A stretch of 18,223 bases of DNA from positions 1 through 18,223 of the forward strand of contig JBHIAI010000024.1 of NCBI GenBank assembly GCA_046861655.1. The letters run 5' to 3'. Numbering within the stretch: position 1 is the first letter of the stretch; each line of letters opens with the position of its first letter. This stretch comes from Fidelibacterota bacterium. GTDB lineage: Bacteria; Fidelibacterota; Marinisomatia; Marinisomatales; S15-B10. Of this stretch, positions 7,560 through 17,500 are shown one piece after another. The notes below the pieces were generated by a model. That model was not told the origin of the DNA. It saw only the letters and a list, made by a program, of their open reading frames with translations, and did no database searches. Both the position numbers and the translations under genes were made by a program.

Positions 7560-8282
7560 TTACTGCCCCGGTGTGGGTGGGGGTGCCGGGGGAGCACCGG
7601 GAAGTTCCTCCGGTCCCTGCAGAACAGTGAGATAATAGTAGGCGCCGCCTCCCACCGCGGCCAGGAGCACCGTACCCAGCAGTAGCCGGCCGAAGCCTCC
7701 CTTCTTCTTGGGCTCTTCCGGCTTAGCTTCCGCCTCCGCCTCCTTCGCCGGCTCTGTCTTCTCCACCTCAGCTACTTCAACTTCCACGCCCGCCAGGTCC
7801 TTGGAAACAATCTCCAGAAGATCGATCAACCCTTCCACATCACCACGGTGCTCTCTCTTGGATACCTTCTCAATTCCCCCCGTAGTCACGTCAAACATCC
7901 GTACGTCAATGGTGTAAAGGGCACCTATCTTCCCGATACTGCCGGCCACCATCTTCTCCACACCCAGGAGTTTTCCCACCTCCACGGCACACTCCGCGGA
8001 GGTGCATCCCGTCTGCTGAAATCCCTGCTCCTGCAGCACCATCTCCATCTGACCCCGCTCCACCACCTGAAAATAACCCAATTCCACCATCTCCGACCGG
8101 AGCCTGTCCGTAAGGGTCGCCGCCTCCAGGGCCGAAATCCCCCGACCATCCATATCCAGAACGGCCACGTTCATTTTTTCCTGGGCCACCCCCTTCACCG
8201 GCAGGGAGAACATCAACACCGCGACGGCGAGAACCGAACAGAGCGATTTATGAAATACGGAAGGACGCACTAACTTTATCAT
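7560..8282 (-). CDS. CsgG/HfaB-like (TolB-N-like fold) exported protein with C-terminal hydrophobic helix and Pro-rich tail, 240 aa
   Basis: Signal peptide ending GVA|QEK. Motifs VAVLD, F.VVER..M..VL.EQ.FQQTGC...C.VE.GKLLGV..MV.GSIG.IG..Y.I..RM.DV.TG.I are typical of this family. Followed by a Glu/Ala/Lys/Pro linker, KKK, GGFGRLLLGTVLLAAVGGGAYYYL and LPGAPPAPPPTPGQ. GGGGA lies 7 nt before the ATG. Confidence 0.85.
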   Translation of the reverse strand: MIKLVRPSVFHKSLCSVLAVAVLMFSLPVKGVAQEKMNVAVLDMDGRGISALEAATLTDRLRSEMVELGYFQVVERGQMEMVLQEQGFQQTGCTSAECAVEVGKLLGVEKMVAGSIGKIGALYTIDVRMFDVTTGGIEKVSKREHRGDVEGLIDLLEIVSKDLAGVEVEVAEVEKTEPAKEAEAEAKPEEPKKKGGFGRLLLGTVLLAAVGGGAYYYLTVLQGPEELPGAPPAPPPTPGQ

Positions 8283-8354
8283 AAGAGATTCCCCGGTTCG
8301 AGCAATCTACGGAAATTTACTGGGCACCACCACTTTGATGCTGTGATCAAGCTA

Positions 8355-8383
8355 ACAATAGAGAAAAACGGCCGGTTTTCCAA
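8355..8383 (-). promoter_or_regulatory. Candidate sigma70-like promoter with overlapping quasi-palindrome
   Basis: Minus strand TTGGAA(8383-8378)-N17-TATTGT(8360-8355), 4/6 match to each consensus hexamer, ~70 nt upstream of ATG 8282. An 18-bp near-perfect palindrome spans 8363-8380. Confidence 0.35.
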
Positions 8384-8426
8384 GCTGAAACTCCCAATGC
8401 TTTCGACCAATAATAACCAATCTAAG

Positions 8427-8461
8427 CTTCTCCGGTCTCCCGTCGTCGGTCTCCTGTCTCC
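8427..8461. repeat. Degenerate heptamer tandem array (5 units)
   Basis: cttctcc ggtctcc cgtcgtc ggtctcc tgtctcc, with an exact 7-nt period. Confidence 0.75.
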
Positions 8462-8471
8462 GTTCCACTTG

Positions 8472-8500
8472 ACTGCCAACTGCCACTGCTACTGCCGACT
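8472..8500. repeat. ACTGC(C/T)-based 6-7-mer tandem array
   Basis: actgcca actgcc actgct actgccg act; lies 3 nt downstream of the giant gene's stop codon. Confidence 0.75.
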
Positions 8501-8503
8501 TTG

Positions 8504-11500
8504 TCATTTCACCAGCATCATCTTGCGGGTCTGGCGCAGAAGAACTTTTCCCGTGGGTGACGACATTCTGGTGGCGAATACATAGATGCCGCTACTGACC
8601 GCCCGCCCCGAAGCATTCCGGCCGTCCCAGATCACATTGTAGTATCCCGACGGCCTCAGATCGTGATCTATCAGCCTGGCCACCTCCTGACCCAGAAGAT
8701 TGTAGACCGACAAATCCACCACGGCACGATCTTTCAAGGAAAGGATGATGGTAGTCTGAGCGTTAAAAGGATTCGGGAAATTCTGACTGACCTGGTAGGC
8801 GTCAGGATACAGATCCACACCTGCACTGTTGTCCTCCACAAACTCCCGGGTCCCCGCCACCAGTCTCAGGTGATGGACACTGTTCGCACTGGGGACATCA
8901 AAGACATAGGTGGATTTCCACCTGAGGTTCAATGCCGTTTCCAGCGACCTGTCCACAAGGAATACGTCAAAGTCTTCAGGGATTCTTTCAATGCCCTCTA
9001 TCTTCACCCGGGCCGGGCTGTGGGCATCACCGGCCATCACTTCCAGATCCCAGAAATGACCCTCCGTGGACGGGGACCGGAAATCGGTGGTGTACATGTC
9101 CGCATGTTCGCCCCAATCCGGGTGTGGGATCCGAAGAGAGATGCCCCCGGGGAGAAACGGCGGCTCGAAGGCGTCCAGCCTGTCGTACCCATCCAGGGCT
9201 TCACGGTGAACACCGATCTGGTTTACCCCGTCCCGGGCATTCCCGTTCTGCGCATCGATCTTCACCTGCCATTCGCTTTCCGGTCCACTACGCAATAAAG
9301 GATACTCGGGGTCTTCCACGGGCATCGATCTCGCCACTGCTTGACCTCCACCCCTGGGATCGATGTAAAGCCTGGCGGCTTCAGTGGATTTATAGATAAA
9401 CCCAAACCATGGACGTAGATTCCCCGGGACCCGCCATTCACCCTCCCAGGTGAAAACGTTGGGATCACCCTGGATGGATGTTCCATCATCGGCGGTGATG
9501 TTTTCCAGATTGATCTGGAAATCAAAGGGATTGCCGATGAAGTTCCAGTTTCCCGCTTCAAGGTCGATCTCGAAAGGATCGCTGGTACTGACCGTGGTTC
9601 CCTGATCGGTATCGAGCGTTACGCTTCCGGCGGAGATTAAGAAATAGGCCTTTCCCGTCTCGATCCTGGAGATCCTGGGGAACTCGATGTAGCCACCTCC
9701 CCCGTACGTGAAGAATCTCCATTTCGTAGCATCATACGGTCCCAGGTCATCGGTAAGAATGTCCGAAGGCGAATTGGCGTCTGGCAGAATGGGAAAAGAC
9801 AGCAGGTTGTAACTGGCCACTGTTTGACCACTGGGAATTCCCCCTGGCCACCTTTCAGTGCTTAGCTGTCCATTCCCTGGAATGGTCACGATGATGGAGT
9901 AGAATCCCCCGCTTTCCGGAACCCGGGAAAAATTGCCCGCCACATCCTCGGCTTCTATGTAGTACTCCAGCCCAGCGGTGGTCACCTCCGAGCCTGGAAT
10001 GGACCGGCTGGGCATCGCCTCCATATCCAGGGGACCTGTCCACGATGTCAGCCCCCCTCGCCGGTAAAACATCTCGACCCGGTCAATTCCAGACCGGTCA
10101 TCGAAGAACGAAACGGTGATGTCGTCCGTATCCGTGCTCAACATGGCACTGACAACCGGCGTGTGAGAAAGGGACACCGGTGACCGGTCTATCTGGACAT
10201 AAGGAGCGTTGGAGGCTGCGGTGGAATTGCCCGCAAGGTCATATGCGGAAAGGACGGTACCATAATCCGTTTCGTCCAGACTGTCCGGCAGTGTCAATCC
10301 GGTACTGTCAGGCTCAACCGTATAGGCGTTCGTCCCCACCTGCAGTTCGTAGCGGTCCAGTCCCGAGGTCGCATCTTCAGACCTGCTCCATTCAAACCGG
10401 ACGTATGTCTCATTGGTCCACCCCGTTCCCGGGGCCGTCACGGTGAAGTCTCCAGGGGGGACGTTGTCCCATCTCGCCACCACCTGGGCCGAGCTGTCTT
10501 CACTTTCGTTGGCCAATTCATCCATCAACCAGACGGTGATGGGATATTCGCCGTTATCCGGCAACTGGATGTTTTCGATCTGGCTGATGTTGTCTCCCGC
10601 TATCCTGACCGGATCCTCCCCCGAAATCCTGTAGGCGACTCCGGAGATATTGTAGTACCAGGATGGATTGGTCCACGTGAGGGTGAAACTGTTCACCTGA
10701 GTCCAGTCGTCGGGATTAATGACAAGGCCTGCGGGGGGAGGAGGTGCCCGAACCACCTTCTCCAGCACAAAGTAGCTCCCGGAGATGACGGTTCGAACGG
10801 AGGCCAGGGTGGCCCCCACCCTGAACTCCAGTCCCCGGGGGGCATCGGCGGCCACGGCAACTACAACCCCAGCTTCTCCCCCGGTAGTAATGGTATCCTC
10901 GCTAACGATGGTGACGTATGCGGTAGAAGGAATTAGAGTCCAGGCCACGGTGGTCCCTTCGTCAACGGGGTTGCCCTGGGAATCCATGGCGGTGAAAAGG
11001 ATGTCAAAGGTCGTGTCCTGCGGAACGATGGTCACTTCCTGCGGCAGGGACACGATGATGACGGCTCCCCCTTCGAAAGCACCCATGTCGGGATTGGTCC
11101 CGGCCGGCACAGGCCTGTCGGCGCCCAGAATATCCATGGACGGAGCGTTGATGCCGCCGAAGGAGGTGGTCCCTGCCTCCATCACGGGACTGAACGGGGA
11201 AAGGGAGTAATCTCCGTTATCCGGGTCCGAAAACAGGGGGGGAGCGTCCAGGGAGTTGTCCCCCACCCAGGAAACCCCCGCGCTCCCCTCGACATCGTTG
11301 AAGTCAATACTCTTATTGGTGAGACTTTCAACGGACAGGTTATTCCCCAGTGGATTCCCGTCAGAGGTGTTGTCCCAGAGAATGGTATTGAACAGGGCGG
11401 TGAAGAAGTCATCCGTCCCCAGGTTGACTCCTCCCACCGCGGATTGGTTGTTGCCGGTTTCGTCCCTGGCCACATTGCCGGTGATGGTGCAGTTCACGAT

Positions 11501-14500
11501 GTTCACCGCACCGTACTCATAGAAGGTGGTCTGGGGATTGTACTGTTCTCCCAGGTCTGCCAGGATAGCCCCTGCGGTTCCGATGGCACTGGGGTTCGTC
11601 CTGCCACCCACGGCTTCATTCCCGGAAAGGACGCAGTTCACAAGGTCAGCACGGCCATGAATGGCCAATCCGCCCCCCTCCGCTCTTCCATCCGATTCCG
11701 CCCGGTTGTCCCGGAAGGTACATCCCAGGAACGTAACCGGTTCGTAGTACCAGTAATCCACTCCGGAGATGTACACCGCCCCGCCCTCCGCCCAGTTGTC
11801 GGAATTGCTGACATCCACGTAGTTGGAGTCAATCACACAATCTTCAAACGTCGCCGTTCCGGTTCCGATGTGGATCGCCCCTCCCATGGACCAATCAGCG
11901 GTAGAGATGCCGTTGTGACTGATCTTGCACGCCAGGAATTCCGGAGAGGCATAAATCCCGTCAATGAAAACAGCTCCCCCAATGCTGCCGGCTGCTGTAT
12001 TATCCCTGAATTCACACCCCACAAATGTGGGGGCGGCATCGTAGATCCGCACGGCTCCTCCTTCGGTCCCGGCACTATTGCCCAAGAAAATACAGTTGGT
12101 GATCACGGGGGCGGGCCCGTTCTCATCGGAGAAGCTCCATTCAATGTTCATGGAACCACCTGACCAGGAATCCCATCCGTTGATGAATGTGAACCCGGAG
12201 ATGGCGATGGACACGTCCCGGGAAACGCCATCGATGAGAAAATGCCGACCCTGGGATTCCGCGTCGATGACCGTCACATCCGGTCCGGACAGGGACATGA
12301 TGACCACACTCCTGTCAATGTTCATATCCCGGTTGGACGATCCTCCATAGAGTCCCTCCTTCACCAGGATGGTATCTCCGGAACCGGCCGCATCCAGGGC
12401 GGTCTGGATGGACTCGAAAGGCGAAGATTCACTGCCTACGTTCCCGGAAGCCCCGTCCGTTGCCACCCACCATACGGGACCGGCGTAGGATGGAGTAGAG
12501 GAAACCTCTGCCGAAGGGGCTCCGTGAAACCCCTGGGTATCCACCGCCGCCACCCGGAAGTAATAGGTGACGCCGTCGGTTAGACCGGTAGCCTGGTACG
12601 TGGTATCCGTTGAAATATCCAGGGAATCTTCCGGTGCGGGGGTAAATCCCTGGGTCAGACTCATGTATATAAGGTAATAATCGATATCGCCTTCCGGGTT
12701 CGCGTTCCAGGACAGGGTGACCTGCCCGCTGGTTGGGAGGGCGGACAAGCCCGTCACCGGTGCAGGATAATCGGATTCGCCCAGGGGGCTTTCATAGGCG
12801 CCCAGATCGGGATCGGAACCCTCAGGATCGGGACGGGCGTTCCCAAGGATATCGTCCGATGGCGCGTCGAGCCCCTCGAAGGACGCCGTACCGGCGCCCA
12901 GGCAGAAACTGGCCTCGGTGAGGGAATAATCGCCCGTTTCCGGACCGGTAAAGGCGGGATCGGTCACCAGAGAGTTTTCTGCGTTGAACCAGGAATAAGA
13001 GTCCCCGTGTTCCATATCGTTGTACCCGGTTACCGGACTGGCACCGTTGTCCTCTACAGAGGGATTCTGATCGGCAGAATTCCCCCAGATGATGCTGTTG
13101 AACAGGATCAAGTTCTGAACGGAGCTGGACAGATAGATGGCTCCCCCCCATCCCTCGTACCCGCTGGTCACATAGGAGGCCACGTTTTTCGTTAGCGTGC
13201 AGTTGATGAGGGTGACTTCCCCGTACTCATACTGGAAGGTGGAGCTATTGTACTGGCTCGACACATCGATGTTGACCGCGCCCCCGTACCCGTATCCGTA
13301 ATCGGCTCCCCCCGTCGCTGCGTTTCCGGCAAAAAGACAGTTGACAAACCTTGCCCTGGACTGGGCATACACGGCACCTCCGTAGGCATAATCGTTGGGA
13401 CTGGACGAATTCCCTCTGAAGGAGCAGCGGGAAAATGTTACGGGTTTACCCGGTTCCAGATTGTTAAAGGCACCGATAAAGACCGCTCCACCGTAGCCGG
13501 CATAATCGCCGCTCTGAACCCGGTTCGAATCGAAGTCACACTGAGTGAACGTGGCGTGGCCGTCGCCGATATAGACGGCACCTCCGTAGGTGGTCCTGTA
13601 GTCCAGGGCATCGTTGGCCGCGGCATTATGGATAAACGTACACCCTGAAAACGTCGGATCGGAGTTGTCGCCCGCGGACATGATGGCTCCACCGTTGCTT
13701 TCAGTCAGGTTATACTTGAATTGGCACCTCACGAACTTGGGAGACGAATTTATGATGGCAACTGCTCCCCCCTCCCACCATCCGGAAACCGCATTGTCTC
13801 TGAAGACACACTCTTTGAAGGTTGGACTCGACGGTACATCTCCCGACGCGTTAATGTGGACGGAACCGCCGTCACCGTCCGTCTTGAGGCCGTTTTGGAA
13901 CGTCATGCCGACGATCTCAAATGTCGAGTCCTCCCCCGATTCGAAAATGAAATGGCGATCCAGACTTTCGGCATCCAGGAAAGTAGTATCCGCTCCGTGG
14001 GTGGACATGATGACCAAGTTGGATGCGATAAGGCCGGCCGGGTTTACTCCCCGGTTTCCTTCACCGGTGTAGGTGCCGGGCTTTAGCTTGATGGTGTCCC
14101 CTTGGGACACACTGGCCATGGCCGTGGACAGGTCCGCGAAGGGGCTCTCCTCCATCCCCTGGTTTGCGTTGTCGCCGTCCGTTGCCACCCACCACACCGG
14201 ACCCACATAGGCAGGTGTAGCTGAGGCGAATTCACTCAACGCACTGTATTCGCCGCTCGTCGTTCTCGATTTTACCCGGTAGTAGTAGGTAATGCCGTTT
14301 GTCAACCCGGCATCGGTAAAGGTGGAATCGGTTGAGGCCACTGAATCTAAAACAGCCAGGGTCGAAGGATCTGTGCCACGGGAAATCACATAATGGGACA
14401 GATTGGAGGAGCCCGAATGGTGCCAGGTCAGGATGATTTGCTGATGCCCCGGAGTCGCCGTTATATGACTGGGAGCCAGAACGGCAGGGTTCACGTAAAC

Positions 14501-17500
14501 CAGCTGCAGGTCCACTACCTTGTCATCCGTTGTGGCCGCCAGGCTTTCATTGAAGGGATAGTTTCCAGCACCGGAATCACTGTATCCCCGCCGGCCCCGA
14601 TTCGACCCGGCCTGCCGCAGGTAAACACCACCGTTGGAAGAATAGGCACTGTTGTCATGACTGAACTCCACCACAAGATTATCGGCGGCATCCCAATCGA
14701 TGGCGGTGATGGAGAAATGCTCCCAGGCGTCCACCTCAAAATCCTCAACCGCCAGGGTATCCGGCCCGTAGACCACCGAGGTGGTGAGGAAAGAGTCCAG
14801 GGTTGTTTGCTCTGTAAAGGCTGTGGCGACCCTGAAATCATTGAGGTCACGACCGGGCAACTGACTGGGCTTGATCTCCACCCCGAAAACGGTGGCTCCG
14901 GCAGGGACCCCTGCCTGAACGAGATCCTGTGCCAGGTACAGAGATTGGTGCTTAACATCATGGTAATACGTATTGAGGGGATATCCGCGACCGGACGAAC
15001 TTCCTCCTGGAGAAGGGGAACCGGTTGAATCAACGAGCAGTTCAGCCACTTTCAGACCGGGAACCGCACTCACTTCCCCCGAATACCCGCTTTCGTGTCC
15101 GCCATTATCCACGGCCGTGATCCGGTAGTAGTACGTCTGTCCATCGGTGAGTCCCTGGTCCACATAGAACGAATCAGGAGGAGACGTGGCCACCACACTG
15201 TCGATGAAGGTGGTGGCGGGTGAGGACGTATCCCGGAAAATCCTGTACCGTTGAAGATCCGCTTCCGGGTTGTGGTCCCAGGACAGGGTAATCTCCTGGT
15301 CCCCACTGGCGGCGGTGAGTCCCGTTGGCGTGGACGGGGGAACATCCGCAGTGAAGCTCGCCTCAGTCGAAAACGGCGACCCCATGAACCCGTTGTCGAT
15401 GGCCTGGACGCTCCAGAAGTAGGTCCCATCGGTGAGTCCGTTTATGGACCAGCTGGTGTTGTGATTCACATTCCCCAGGTCGGGGAGTCGTCTCTGTCCT
15501 GCGGTGTCCCCGCTGGTGGCAACGTTGGCCATGGGCGAGACCAGGTCGATGCCGCCTGTGGATGAACCCACTCTTAGATTGTAGGTCAGAGCATTTTGGG
15601 CCGTAAGATCATCCGTTGATTTGCTCCAGCTCAAGGTCACCGTATCCCCTGAGACACTGCTGGAAAGACCCGTCGGTGCCGTAGGGGCTGCATTGGCCGT
15701 TGTGATATCGTTGCGGTAGATATTGGAAACGTAGATCGAGCCTGCCCCGGTGTCCCCCACCAAAAGAATGTCCAGATCGCCATCACCGTCATAGTCTCCC
15801 CACTCTCCCGAACCGTAGGACGCGCCACTCAGCGTCAAGCCAGCATTTATGTCAACAAAACTGCCAGTATCGTTCCGGTAGACCCGGGAAACATGAACGC
15901 TGGTTCCTGATCCCCCTAAGTAACCTGTCTGCAGAACATCCAGATCTCCGTCATTGTCGTAGTCGCCCCACTTCACAGAACTCAGGGAAGTCGCATCCAG
16001 ATTGGCGGCAATATCAGTGAAATTGGCCCCATCGTTGTTACGGTAGACCTTCGATACACGGCCTGAACCCGTGTATCCTGCGAGCAGGATATCCAAATCG
16101 CCATCACTGTCGTAGTCCCCCCAGTCCACCGAGCTGTAGTAGACACCCTGGAGAACTGTAGATTGAATGTCTGTGAACGTACCGTCCGAGTTCTTGTAGA
16201 GTTCTGTTACTGCGGCAGACCCGGTGTAACCTGTCAGGAGCAGATCCAGATCCCCATCGTTATCGTAGTCCCCCCAGGCCACCGAGCTGTAGCGGACGCC
16301 AGTCAGCCCCGCTGAAATATCCGTGAAGCTACCCCCGTCATTCCGGTAGATCTTAGAGATCTGGTAGTCTGGCCAGACTCCGGTATACCCCGACAGGGCA
16401 ATATCCAGGTCTCCATCGTTATCGTAGTCCCCCCAGGCCACCGAACCCTCACGGACCCCTATGAGATTTGCGGAGACGTCTGTGAACGTGCCATTCGTGT
16501 TCTGATAGACTCTGGAGATGTACCCTGAACTTCCACTACCTGACAGGAGAACATCTAGATCACCATCATTGTCGTAATCCCCCCAAGCGGCGGAACTGTA
16601 ATAAACACCCTCGAGCCCGGCGGAGATGTCAGAAAAGGTCCCGTTGGCGTTTCCGTACACCTTCGAGATACCCTGCGATCCCGTATACCCTGTCAGAAGA
16701 ATATCGAGGTCTCCGTCGCTGTCATAGTCCCCCCAGGCGGCGGTAGCCCGATACACCTCAGTCAGGCCTGCAGAGAGGTCCGAGAATAGCGACGGGATGA
16801 CGCTCACCTCATTGGAGTAGCTGCTTTCCCTGCCGTCCGTGGCGACGGCGGTGATGCGGTAGTAGTGGATGGTCTCGTTGGTGAGATCTGTAAGGATTTT
16901 TGTAGTGTCGTTGACACCGCCGGTGGTGCTGTCCACTTTCGTGGTGGGATTGGCGGAGGTTCCGCCGTAGATGCGGTAGCGTTGAAAATCACTTTCTGTG
17001 TTGGGAGTCCATGTGAGGGTGACCTGATGACTTCCTGGAGTGGCGGCGAGGTTTGTGGGAGCGGCTGGTGGCAACCTAGGATATATGTAGACCGACCCGG
17101 TTTGGGTATTGTCATAAGGTGCCCCGATCGAAAGGGTGGTACTATCCAGGGAAACTGACCATCCAAATCGATCGCTGGCCGCCCCGTCGCTTGCCAGAAA
17201 TTTATTGTGCTGAGTCCAGCTCGTCCCCTCGCGTTTAAAAATGTAAACAGACCCCGAGGTCGATCCTTTGTCATCATCCCCGTAGGCTCCCACGGCCACA
17301 AACGTATCGCTAATGGAAACAGAAGCGCCAAAATAGTCTGAAGAGGCTCCATCGCTGGCGGTGATCTTGGTCAGCTCGCCCCAGCTGGACCCACTTCGCA
17401 GGAAAATATAGGCGGACCCTGACGCTCCACCGTTGTCATCGTCTCCATCGGCGCCCACAACGAGATAGTCACCACTTATTGAAACGGACGTTCCAAAGAA

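Noticed and set aside
8279..8585. Small ORFs 8279-8479 (-) and 8343-8585 (+)
   Set aside because: They are translations of the heptamer arrays and promoter region, with no family resemblance.
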